From the IMG/VR virus record IMGVR_UViG_3300042691_031247: a stretch of DNA of 64,000 bases. The stretch is one strand, 5' to 3'. The position numbers and the translations under genes were made by a program. The notes under the pieces are model-generated. The model was not told the origin of the DNA. It did no database searches and worked only from the letters and a program-made list of their open reading frames with translations. This document shows positions 17,898-26,336 of the stretch, in pieces; within the stretch, counting starts at the first letter, position 1, and every line of letters starts with the position of its first letter. This DNA comes from a virus. Lineage: Duplodnaviria; Caudoviricetes.

Positions 17898-18315
17898 GCT
17901 CCATTCCCTTTTCGGTTATTGAGAAATTGAAATCGTTTTTATCGCAGTCGTATTCTGCGTCTAGAAAACCGCGCTGCACGCCAACACGCATAATGTTCGA
18001 TATGACGCGCGCACCGAGCGCACGAAACAGTCGAAGCATTTTTGTCTTGTACTCTTCGAACGAGTTGGCGCCGATGCCATACGCGCCGTCAGCCTGCACG
18101 TCAGACAGTTCACGAACAATTTGTTCGACCTCCCAGACCTCCAAAAACTGTCGCTGATATTCGAGCGAGCATTCACTTTCAGTCGGTTCTTCGTCCTGCA
18201 GCTTGGCGATAAAACCGGCGAACATCACTAGTACGTGATCGCGGAGATCTTCAATCGACCCGCAAATACGCCGAGCGGGCTGTTCTTCGTTTTCGTCTTC
18301 GTAGTCTTCGAACAT
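17833..18315 (-). CDS. Hypothetical acidic protein, possible C-terminal winged helix
   Basis: Start moved to ATG 18315 (GAGGT SD); ends FSITEKGMELV. Confidence 0.6.
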   Translation of the reverse strand: MFEDYEDENEEQPARRICGSIEDLRDHVLVMFAGFIAKLQDEEPTESECSLEYQRQFLEVWEVEQIVRELSDVQADGAYGIGANSFEEYKTKMLRLFRALGARVISNIMRVGVQRGFLDAEYDCDKNDFNFSITEKGMELVNSINDSNDADGGETSRSGS

Positions 18316-18322
18316 AACTACC

Positions 18323-18643
18323 TCAAGCCGTCTCTGCGGCAAGACGAGCCGTGGCGAGCGCGGCGTCGTAATTGCCACGCGCAATCATACGCGCGTGAGC
18401 GGCGTCACGGCACTGCCCCAGATAATCGGAGTAGTCGCTGTCGGTGTTGACGAGCGCTTCCGCCGAACTGAAGCTGTGCGGCTTGTTGGTCAGCGGGTTG
18501 TCGCCGCTTTTCATGATCCGCTCGACCGCAGCCATCTTGACAGAGATGCGGTTGTCTTCCAGCTCTGCCTCGCTGCGCACAGCGTCGGCAAGAACGGCGG
18601 CGGCGTGGGTAATGTTATCAGCAAAATTCTTGGCCATGATCAC
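18323..18643 (-). CDS. Hypothetical Ala-rich helical protein
   Basis: GAGGAG SD, high GC3. Confidence 0.65.
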   Translation of the reverse strand: MIMAKNFADNITHAAAVLADAVRSEAELEDNRISVKMAAVERIMKSGDNPLTNKPHSFSSAEALVNTDSDYSDYLGQCRDAAHARMIARGNYDAALATARLAAETA

Positions 18644-18924
18644 TCCTCAATTTTTTGCCAACCATCTATGGCGCGGCGAACAGTCAATATGTCGTCAAGC
18701 GCCCGGTCTAGCATGTGTACAGCCGATTCGAGATCGTCAGCGTCGGCTAATTCAAAGATAATAAACGCAAACAAGGTATCGCCGCATTCTCGAATACTCT
18801 GTTTGCCCACACGATTGATGTAATCGTGAAATGTTTCGTCGTTATTTGGCGGATCGACTGCGAGTAGGTCTGATCCCGGATATGAATCGTAAATTGCTTT
18901 CGGAACCAGTTGGCTATTCGTCAT
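18640..18924 (-). CDS. Hypothetical protein (GDTLFxFIxxEL motif)
   Basis: Start moved to ATG 18924 (GGAG SD). Confidence 0.65.
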   Translation of the reverse strand: MTNSQLVPKAIYDSYPGSDLLAVDPPNNDETFHDYINRVGKQSIRECGDTLFAFIIFELADADDLESAVHMLDRALDDILTVRRAIDGWQKIEE

Positions 18925-19168
18925 TTCTCCAGTTTTGTTTTTCTTGGCGCGTTGGCTGCCGTTTGGGATATTTCTCGGGATGACAAACCTGACAACGTGC
19001 GCGCGTGCAACCACAACTGCGCAACGTTTTACGATACCGCCCGGCTTCGCTCGCGGTTTGCGCCGCGTTTTCAACCCAACTACCAAACTCCAGCCACCCG
19101 GCATTAATTTGTCGGTGCTGCTTTACTCGGCGTTCGATGATGTGCTTTTCGCTGTGGTAACGTTTCAT
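18914..19168 (-). CDS. Small basic protein with CGC...C..C cluster
   Basis: 84-aa ORF; GGAGG SD. Confidence 0.6.
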   Translation of the reverse strand: MKRYHSEKHIIERRVKQHRQINAGWLEFGSWVENAAQTASEAGRYRKTLRSCGCTRARCQVCHPEKYPKRQPTRQEKQNWRNDE

Positions 19169-19170
19169 TG

Positions 19171-19623
19171 TTATCTGCCGTCTGTTTCACAGTAGATGAC
19201 GATTTTGCAGCCGCACTGCTCTGCTAGTTTGACAACGTCGGGCGCGTACACCGCCACGATTTGGTCGCGTTTGACCGCGCCAGCGGTGATCAGGGACTGC
19301 AACCCAAGTTTAGCTATGCCGCGACGTCTATACGCAGGGTCGACGAAACACTCGACGGTTTGTGCGGTAACAGGCCGGCCCTTGAATTTTTCCGGCCACG
19401 GGCGCGAACCGACCCAGCCGGCTAGCGTCTCGTCTACCCACACCAGCGCTATGGCCATTTCTGGATACGGCTGCTCGTGGTTGACGTGCAGATAACGCTT
19501 GCTGAGTTCTTTTTGAATTGAACTGTCGCTGCCGGAATCAGGCCACGACAACCGCGTCAGGATGGCCGTCACATCGACCAGTCCGAGCTGGTTGATGTCT
19601 TTGATTTTGATATTAATATTCAT
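19171..19623 (-). CDS. GNAT-family N-acetyltransferase
   Basis: Acetyl-CoA motif A CFVDPAYRRRGIAK; GGAGG SD. Confidence 0.8.
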   Translation of the reverse strand: MNINIKIKDINQLGLVDVTAILTRLSWPDSGSDSSIQKELSKRYLHVNHEQPYPEMAIALVWVDETLAGWVGSRPWPEKFKGRPVTAQTVECFVDPAYRRRGIAKLGLQSLITAGAVKRDQIVAVYAPDVVKLAEQCGCKIVIYCETDGR

Positions 19624-19658
19624 AGCTGGTCCTCCGTGACCAACTATGAAGTATACAA

Positions 19659-19731
19659 AGCCGGCGGTCGGATTCGAACCGACGACAGGCAGTTTACAAA
19701 ACTGCTACTCTACCAACTGAGTTACGCCGGC
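19659..19731 (-). tRNA. trnT: tRNA-Thr(UGU), no encoded CCA
   Basis: GCCGGCG acceptor stem, D-loop CAGTTGGTAG, anticodon arm GCAGT-TTTGTAA-ACTGC, T-loop GGTTCGAATCC. Confidence 0.95.
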
Positions 19732-19736
19732 AAGCG

Positions 19737-20204
19737 TTAAACAGGTTCAGTGATTAAACCAGTTGGCCAGTAGTATGGCATGTCGATCGGCTCCTGCCAA
19801 CCAAACCGTGAGTAGTAGCGGAAATCTTTGCGGAGAAGATTGCTGCGATGACTGGCGTGAAATTGCTCGTCGCCAACCCACGGAGGATACACGTTGCGCT
19901 CAATGGTGTTGCGCAACGTGGTATAGCTGCCCATGAACTGCGGGCAGAGCGTGTCATTAAACCCGCGGCGTATCCACTCGCGGCACACGACTATGGCGTA
20001 TACAGTTAGCGCTGTTTCATATCCCGCCCACATACGGACGGCAGGGTGATTGCGCCAGCTACTTGTTCCGGGCTCGTGTTGGCCAACCGGAACGCCAAGG
20101 CAGAGTAAGATCTGCTTACATTCAACCCTTTGTTTGCCTAACCTTTTGTTATCAAGGCAGGCAGCCGAGTGTTTGAATCTCGGCAGGGGCAAGAATGTTT
20201 GCAT
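19737..20204 (-). CDS. Pyrimidine-dimer DNA glycosylase-like protein (MSMEG_6728/DenV-like family)
   Basis: MQTFLP...LDNKRLGKQRVECKQIL...HPAVRMW.GYE...HASHRSNLLRKD. Confidence 0.85.
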   Translation of the reverse strand: MQTFLPLPRFKHSAACLDNKRLGKQRVECKQILLCLGVPVGQHEPGTSSWRNHPAVRMWAGYETALTVYAIVVCREWIRRGFNDTLCPQFMGSYTTLRNTIERNVYPPWVGDEQFHASHRSNLLRKDFRYYSRFGWQEPIDMPYYWPTGLITEPV

Positions 20205-20208
20205 TTAA

Positions 20209-20526
20209 TCAGTCGTCAAACTCGTCGTCAAAGTCTTCTTCGTATGCGGGGTCTTCATCCTCTTCGTCCTTGTATTCTTCGTCCCAGTCTTCATCTTCTT
20301 CGTCGACCCACTCCTCTTCGTCATCGTCTTCGTCGTCGTCATCGTCGTCGGTAAATACGTAGTTCGGCTTGGGTAACTGAATGTCACTGTCATCGTCTTC
20401 GTCGTCTTCGTCGTCATCGACAAACTGCCACTCCTCTTCGATGAAATCATCGTCGAGGCCGTCGTCATGACGGGCTGTGTTTTCGTTCGGCATGTCGCGA
20501 AACAACGGAGATTCAAAGTAGCGCAT
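20209..20526 (-). CDS. Hyper-acidic low-complexity protein
   Basis: More than half the residues are D/E, with periodic W/F/Y; ATG 20526 follows the upstream TAA by 2 nt. Confidence 0.7.
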   Translation of the reverse strand: MRYFESPLFRDMPNENTARHDDGLDDDFIEEEWQFVDDDEDDEDDDSDIQLPKPNYVFTDDDDDDEDDDEEEWVDEEDEDWDEEYKDEEDEDPAYEEDFDDEFDD

Positions 20527-20528
20527 AG

Positions 20529-23162
20529 TTATCCAGTTTCCCGGGCAAGGTCCGCAGCAGGTAACAAATACTGATCGCACCAGTTGCTATCGACAAGAAT
20601 GCCCGGTAGGTTGCGCACAGCTTCCTCTCCACCGAAAACTCCGCGACGCGTCAATAGTTTAACAAGCCAAAGCCAGTTTGGGGGTAGTGCTTTTTTATCT
20701 GCAAAATAGCGGTTGACCGCCCGCTGGTTTAACCACCAGTGCGCCTTCTTACGCACGATGTAATTATTTGGCTGCCCGACTTTTCTGGGCCGGGGTAAAA
20801 CTGCCAGCGCGCCTGTCTGTACGGCTGTCGTTAATTCCGTAAAAAACGCTATATCGGCTTCGTTTTGCGTAATTAAATGCGCACGGGCATAGTCCAGTTG
20901 AAAAGCCGCGCCGTATGTTTCTTGCAGCCACGTGTGCATGTCCGCCAGAACGGCCGCCGTCGTGGACTGGTCGGTCAGGCTGATCCGCATCCGCTGACGC
21001 AGCGCGCGCTGGATATACGCCGGTAAGATATATGTCAGCGGCGTAAAATCTGTGTTTGTGTTGGCGCTGCCGCTAATTACCTGCCAGTCGTACATGGGCG
21101 CCACGTTCGCTGCCGTGGCGGCTAAGCGCATGAGTATGGGGCGGTTGTGGCACCGCGGGATCGTCAGGCTTAAGCTCGACGCATCAAACACGCTGGCGAC
21201 TGTTGTTGGCCACGCCAATGAGTCGGTTCGTGCAGACACCGCCGCGCCGGCATTGCCGCGGTTCAAGATATCAATACGCAGATGCTGGCACCCGAGCGTC
21301 GCCGCAATTTTTTGTACTATTTCAAAGTCGTCGCCGGCAAACCCTGTAGCCGTCGGATCTCGCCGAAAGACAGGGGCAATAAGATCGGCAATGACGGCCG
21401 CGACAACTGTCCACGTGAACGCGTTCTCCGGGCTTGGCGTCAGGAACTGCCGTATAGCTGGCGGCGCGACGGCGACCGGTTCAGGAAATATGGCGTGTTT
21501 ATTTTTTTCGCTCGGCTGGTTCGGCGCGGATGGTGTACCGTCAGCAGCCAGTTCGTAGTTTGCAAAGCGAAACACGCTGGCTCGATCATCCCAACCCAGC
21601 CTGTTTGATATGCACACCAGTTCTGGTTTGCTGAGGCTGATCGCAATCAGATGGCTGCGCCCGTTCCACCGGCTGTCGTAGAGCATCACTTTTTTGTGTG
21701 CTGCGACAAGGCCCGCGGCGTAAGCCAGTAGACCGACACGTTCTATTTTGAACGCGCTGTCTGCAAAACTGATTTCTTCGCCGCGGAGATGGATGGTGCC
21801 TATGTATGTTTTTTCGCCGTCATCGGCTTGGGTGATTTTATTGATAACAATGTTTGCGTCACATATAGGCTGATTTGTCACGCTCCACCAACCGTCGGAT
21901 CGCGGCACGACGGTGCGCTGCCACGGAAGGACTATGGCCGGGGTGATGTTTTTCGACGTTTTAACATGCGTCAGTACGCGGTCTGAAAAGCCGGGAGAAA
22001 AGTTCTTGTCAATCTTAGTCAGGAACGGCACCAGCTTGTCTGGCGGAATAGTGAGCCGCGTCGCAAACGAGTGCGCCGCGATTTCGTTCATTTGCTCCAT
22101 CGCGTTACCCAAGCGGCTCTGCCACGTCTCCGCGTTCTTTCGGATTGAGACGAGCCGGCTCATTGCGTCTGTCGCGAACCGGTTTTTCAGTCGTTGGTTC
22201 TGCGCAACGATCGCCACGTAGCCGCGTGCGTTAGCGGCGCGGCTGATTAGCTCTGGCGAGACGACGTGACTTTGAAAGATCCGCGGCACGGGTGTAAACG
22301 CACACCAGCTCCCGCCCCAGCTATTTGCTTCGACGCCGGTGTAACTCGCCATCACAGGCAATAACGACAACCCGTGGCGCAGCATTTCACATTGCATGCT
22401 TAGCGCCCACATCGGATCATCAACTACAAACTGCGTGCTTTTGAGCGTTTCTGTGGCGGGCAAAAGCGCGGCACGCAGCAAAAAGTAACCGGCTTCCGGG
22501 CGGTCGCGCCGGTACTGGTTCAAAGCGATAAAGTTTTGCTTGGCCGTAAACTGCTCATCGTACTGCACGACCAGAAAGCCTGTGATGCGCCCGGGGAGGT
22601 CGTAGTACGGGAACACAAGGCTCGCGCCGTTTTCGCGCACCGGGGTGATCGGCGGGCGGCGCACGAATTTCTGCAGCGCGTCTATTTGTTCCTTGTACGC
22701 GACACCGACTAACCCAGCGGCGTTAATCTCTGGATATACACCAAGCTCTCGGAGGCGGCAGGCGATGACGTCGTCGTGGTGCCCCCAAATCTGCGCCTCA
22801 GCGGCAAACCAGAACTGCTCGAATTTTTCGAAGCGTTCGATCGTGCGGGCGTATTCGGCAACGGCATTATCTTTTTCGGCCGGGTTTATGGCGTTTAATT
22901 CGATAAAACGGGCAATCGCCACGTCCGGGCTTGTATTCCATAACGCCGCGCTAAACGTTATGATATCTCCATGGGCAGAGCACGAGTTACAGTGCAGCCA
23001 AATACCGTTAGTGCTTGCGTCGTCGAACAGGTGTAGCGTATTTTTTTGACATAGCGGACAACTAACGACGGCCGGGAAAACCAACTGGTCCGGTGCAATG
23101 CCCAACGCCGACAGGGCAATCGCGTGGTGTTGGCGGCCAATTAAACAGGTAGGAAATCCCAT
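20529..23162 (-). CDS. Primase-like protein: N-terminal Cys4/His zinc finger, degenerate DnaG-like core, DUF927-like C-terminal half
   Basis: CPLC...HCNSCSAHGDIITF zinc domain, LVFPYYDLPGRITGF DnaG-like motif; no clear EGxxD/DxD or Walker A. Confidence 0.55.
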   Translation of the reverse strand: MGFPTCLIGRQHHAIALSALGIAPDQLVFPAVVSCPLCQKNTLHLFDDASTNGIWLHCNSCSAHGDIITFSAALWNTSPDVAIARFIELNAINPAEKDNAVAEYARTIERFEKFEQFWFAAEAQIWGHHDDVIACRLRELGVYPEINAAGLVGVAYKEQIDALQKFVRRPPITPVRENGASLVFPYYDLPGRITGFLVVQYDEQFTAKQNFIALNQYRRDRPEAGYFLLRAALLPATETLKSTQFVVDDPMWALSMQCEMLRHGLSLLPVMASYTGVEANSWGGSWCAFTPVPRIFQSHVVSPELISRAANARGYVAIVAQNQRLKNRFATDAMSRLVSIRKNAETWQSRLGNAMEQMNEIAAHSFATRLTIPPDKLVPFLTKIDKNFSPGFSDRVLTHVKTSKNITPAIVLPWQRTVVPRSDGWWSVTNQPICDANIVINKITQADDGEKTYIGTIHLRGEEISFADSAFKIERVGLLAYAAGLVAAHKKVMLYDSRWNGRSHLIAISLSKPELVCISNRLGWDDRASVFRFANYELAADGTPSAPNQPSEKNKHAIFPEPVAVAPPAIRQFLTPSPENAFTWTVVAAVIADLIAPVFRRDPTATGFAGDDFEIVQKIAATLGCQHLRIDILNRGNAGAAVSARTDSLAWPTTVASVFDASSLSLTIPRCHNRPILMRLAATAANVAPMYDWQVISGSANTNTDFTPLTYILPAYIQRALRQRMRISLTDQSTTAAVLADMHTWLQETYGAAFQLDYARAHLITQNEADIAFFTELTTAVQTGALAVLPRPRKVGQPNNYIVRKKAHWWLNQRAVNRYFADKKALPPNWLWLVKLLTRRGVFGGEEAVRNLPGILVDSNWCDQYLLPAADLARETG

Positions 23163-24339
23163 GACAAATATCCCGCTCGATCAGGCGCATGACGTCAGTG
23201 GCCGCGAGACCCACAGGCTGACTACCCTGTACCCGCAACCTGACTTTGTAAAAAATGCCGCGCACGAAAAACTAAGCGGTGCCGCGGATTTACCACGCCA
23301 TTTATACGCTGATCAGCGCCATAAACTTTATCCGTGCCATACTGCCCCTGCAACATGGATGTCGGCGCTTTTCTTTGCTGACAAGCAAGCGCAGTTCGAC
23401 GCCAAGGAGGCCGAGGCTATTCAATCTAGGATACACCAAGCCGCCGAGTATTTTGGTATTCGCGGGGCTGTGGCGGAACTAGAAGAGAAGATTGCGGCCA
23501 GCTCGGCGCAGGATATTAACAGCCTGCCGGACTCGGAGTTCGCCATCGTGTGGGTCAGCGACGTAGGCGGTAAAGAGCGCCACTGGCCGCTGCGGAACGC
23601 CGAAGAAGTCAAGTTCGCTGCGGCGCATTTCAAGACATTCCGCGACAACTTTGTGTTCGACGACCGGCACGTGATCGCCACCAAGATCCTTGAAAAGGCC
23701 GCGCAATACGGCGCCGACGTTTCGGGCGCCGAGGGCTCGCTAGAGCTGGCGGCGGGTCTGGGTGCGTGCGCCGCCAAGGTCGCGAGCGACATGATCAAAG
23801 ACCGCGTAGGGCTCACCCGCCGGCAGCATTCGCAGCTGGCAGGCGAGTTGTCCAAGTTAGCCGAGGTTATCGACCAGAACCCTGAAAGGGCTCGTGCGGT
23901 CGAAATGCGGTTAAAGTTGGCAAGCGCGGTCGATAATTTCGATAGAAGCACCAACCTCTATCGCATGTACGACGCCGGCGGCCTACCGCGGCCGGAAGAA
24001 GTCCTGTTCGCCATTACTGAAAAGGTGGCGCGCGACTTTTTAGATAGCAATGTCGAAACCACCACTGGCAACGTCTACGCCCTCACTGATTTAGAGAAAC
24101 TAGCGGTTGAAGACGTACGCGAGTGGCTTGGCGACGACTTCGCAGACGCGGTAAGTGCCGGCGGCGTATACATGGATCGCGACAAGCTGGCGGCGATTGT
24201 GCCCACGCTTGACCGCGGCATGGCTACTATGCTGGACCGGCTCATGCAGGACAAGTCTGCTGCGCCGGTTGTGAAGTCAGCGTCAGCGGACAATCTGCTT
24301 TCGCTCGACCGGCTTCGCGAGCTTGCGCAGCACGGTTAA
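23161..24339 (+). CDS. Probable virion/head-assembly-associated protein with a duplicated LPxxxFA...RxxP motif (DUF6582-like)
   Basis: LPRHLYADQRHKLYPCH and LPDSEFAIVW...ERHWPLRN repeats; AGGA SD at 23151-23154. Confidence 0.55.
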   Translation: MTNIPLDQAHDVSGRETHRLTTLYPQPDFVKNAAHEKLSGAADLPRHLYADQRHKLYPCHTAPATWMSALFFADKQAQFDAKEAEAIQSRIHQAAEYFGIRGAVAELEEKIAASSAQDINSLPDSEFAIVWVSDVGGKERHWPLRNAEEVKFAAAHFKTFRDNFVFDDRHVIATKILEKAAQYGADVSGAEGSLELAAGLGACAAKVASDMIKDRVGLTRRQHSQLAGELSKLAEVIDQNPERARAVEMRLKLASAVDNFDRSTNLYRMYDAGGLPRPEEVLFAITEKVARDFLDSNVETTTGNVYALTDLEKLAVEDVREWLGDDFADAVSAGGVYMDRDKLAAIVPTLDRGMATMLDRLMQDKSAAPVVKSASADNLLSLDRLRELAQHG

Positions 24340-25410
24340 AGGGTTTTCGCCGCGTAGCGCAACACCGTAATTCGCTAATTGTTCTCGAACTTCGAAGAGC
24401 GTGGCGGCCCCGAAATTTTTATACTCTAGCAGATCAGCTGCGCGCATATTCGTTAGTTCGGCGACCGTTAGTATTCCCATCTTTGTCGTCACCTTCCTTG
24501 CGCGAACAGAGAGATTTAGTTCTGTGATCGATATGTCTGTGCTAAGATGCAGCCCGATTAGCGCAAGTTTTGTAACAATTTCGTCCACTGCAGAGTGGCT
24601 GCACTTTACGATATCGTACAAGTCACGGCGATCACGCGACACAAGCTCGCGCAGCGTAGAAATACCGGCAGCGTCAAGGAGTTGACTTGTTCGCTGTGAA
24701 AACCCTAGACGCGAAACTAGCTCGCCTAAAAGCTGGTCGTCTTCCATACCGAGCGCGAGCCCATGCGCGTTTAACAACTCTTCAATCTCAGCCAAACTTG
24801 TTTCCCCAAACCCTTTGGACGCGACCAGTTCTTCTTTCGTCATGCGGGACAAGTCGGCGAGAGTTTCGACGCCCATTTTTTTCAGCTCGTTACGACAGCG
24901 CACGGAAATTTCGACGTCGGCTATCGGGACGTGCGCGGCGGTCAGCAGCGCGTTCACCTGTGGCGGCGTTTTTGGTGCGCACAATACATACAAGATTTCA
25001 TCTAACACCGTTTCGCCGGAGTTTCGCGCAGTCAGCAAATCTTTGCGGCTGAGGCGTCCGAGGTCGCCGAGCGTAGCGATATTGTTATTTTCAAGAACGC
25101 TTCGCGTGCGTAAAGAAAATCGCGCTACGTCTAACCGTATAGCGTCTAGCAGCGTTGTCTCCATTTCTGGCGTTGTAATCGGTTTTACACGAATGTACTC
25201 GGGTATCGTTGTGTAAAGCGAGAGTACCGACCACAGACAATCAAGCTGCGTTTTTAGCGTTACGGCTGTTTGTGCGTGCGTCGGGTCTTCCGCGCTTGCG
25301 TAAACACCTTTTTTGACCGCAATTATCGCGAGTTCTGTTTTTGTTCGTATCAATCCGCACAGCCTATCGACGACCCAATCGAGCGTTTCGTTTACGGTTG
25401 TTTTTGTCAT
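24283..25410 (-). CDS. Protein with four tandem RNA polymerase alpha-CTD domains
   Basis: Four units with SxRxxxxL...GIxTLxDL...GxxxLxEI...L...GLxL; units 2 and 4 are near canonical (SVRCRNEL..KGFGETSLAEI; SVRARK..KNFGAATLFEV). Confidence 0.85.
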   Translation of the reverse strand: MTKTTVNETLDWVVDRLCGLIRTKTELAIIAVKKGVYASAEDPTHAQTAVTLKTQLDCLWSVLSLYTTIPEYIRVKPITTPEMETTLLDAIRLDVARFSLRTRSVLENNNIATLGDLGRLSRKDLLTARNSGETVLDEILYVLCAPKTPPQVNALLTAAHVPIADVEISVRCRNELKKMGVETLADLSRMTKEELVASKGFGETSLAEIEELLNAHGLALGMEDDQLLGELVSRLGFSQRTSQLLDAAGISTLRELVSRDRRDLYDIVKCSHSAVDEIVTKLALIGLHLSTDISITELNLSVRARKVTTKMGILTVAELTNMRAADLLEYKNFGAATLFEVREQLANYGVALRGENPLTVLRKLAKPVERKQIVR

Positions 25411-25425
25411 TGCGCTACCGTATTG

Positions 25426-25914
25426 TTATTTTTGTTTAACAGCTTTTTTTCGCTTGAACGCCTTCGCGAGCTTGCGAGGAGCTGGGGCTTTCTTTTTCTT
25501 CTTGCGCGGAGCCGGGCCAAACAACGACTTAATATGTCGGAGTACGGTCGCTTCGTTTGTACGTTTGTAGTTCACGTCGTCCCACGCTTGATCGGCGTGT
25601 TCGATTCCACGCCGCGCCGCCTCGACGTCGTGGATAAGGCTGTAGTCCGGGTTGTACCATTTGAACGCCCGCCCCTTGCCCTTGTTCCACTTAAAGTCTG
25701 CCACCGATATTTCATAGACGGTGTGCGTCATTGTATTGATAATTATTTGCGCTTGGCATTTAAACTCTTTGTTCGGCAGCCGGATTGTAGCCTCAAGTAT
25801 CTGCGCGTTGTCGCCGTAACAAGACCAGCAGTACTTTTCGCTGTCGCTTATTAAAAACCGGCAGGCGTTTAAAAAGCGATTAACACGCAGAGCACCGCAG
25901 TGATCAAATGTCAT
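25426..25914 (-). CDS. Hypothetical protein with basic C-terminal tail
   Basis: 162-aa ORF, ends PRKKKKKAPAPRK. Confidence 0.65.
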   Translation of the reverse strand: MTFDHCGALRVNRFLNACRFLISDSEKYCWSCYGDNAQILEATIRLPNKEFKCQAQIIINTMTHTVYEISVADFKWNKGKGRAFKWYNPDYSLIHDVEAARRGIEHADQAWDDVNYKRTNEATVLRHIKSLFGPAPRKKKKKAPAPRKLAKAFKRKKAVKQK

Positions 25915-26153
25915 TTTGATATCAACTCCTTTAATGCGTGAAACAGCCGGCGCACCGACGGCATGAGCTGCCGCTTTCTTAGCGGTTCAGCACCCGGCTC
26001 AACGTTCTGAGAAGATAAGCCGCCAGTGTGTTCTTCTAGTTCACTGCGGCAGTAGTCGAGGTAGAGCTGCCAGTTGTCGTAGGCGTCTCTGTCTTCGGCT
26101 CGTTCGTATGGGATGTAGGGGGGTTCGTCAGGGACTCTGTCGTTCCAGCCCAT
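25911..26153 (-). CDS. Hypothetical protein
   Basis: 80-aa ORF; AGGA SD. Confidence 0.55.
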   Translation of the reverse strand: MGWNDRVPDEPPYIPYERAEDRDAYDNWQLYLDYCRSELEEHTGGLSSQNVEPGAEPLRKRQLMPSVRRLFHALKELISK

Positions 26154-26326
26154 TGTTTGGTGTCCTTCTTTTTGCTCCCGTCAATTAATTCGCCACGCAC
26201 GATTGATGTCGTTTGCGGCGCCGTTAGTCCAATCTTGACGCGATCGCCTGTGATTCCCAAAACCTTCACGACGATCCCATCGCCAATTACGACTTCCTGT
26301 TCTTTCTTCCTTGAGAGTACAAGCAT
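26036..26326 (-). CDS. csrA: Carbon storage regulator CsrA-like translational repressor
   Basis: MLVLSRK...VIGDGIVVKVLGI.GDRVKIGLTAP...IVRGEL signature. Confidence 0.9.
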   Translation of the reverse strand: MLVLSRKKEQEVVIGDGIVVKVLGITGDRVKIGLTAPQTTSIVRGELIDGSKKKDTKQWAGTTESLTNPPTSHTNEPKTETPTTTGSSTSTTAAVN

Positions 26327-26336
26327 TGTGTCACCA

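Noticed and set aside
19659-19731. tRNA as a prophage attachment site or element boundary
   Set aside because: Phage-type genes continue on both sides, there is no CCA, and I saw no duplicated 3' fragment or integrase
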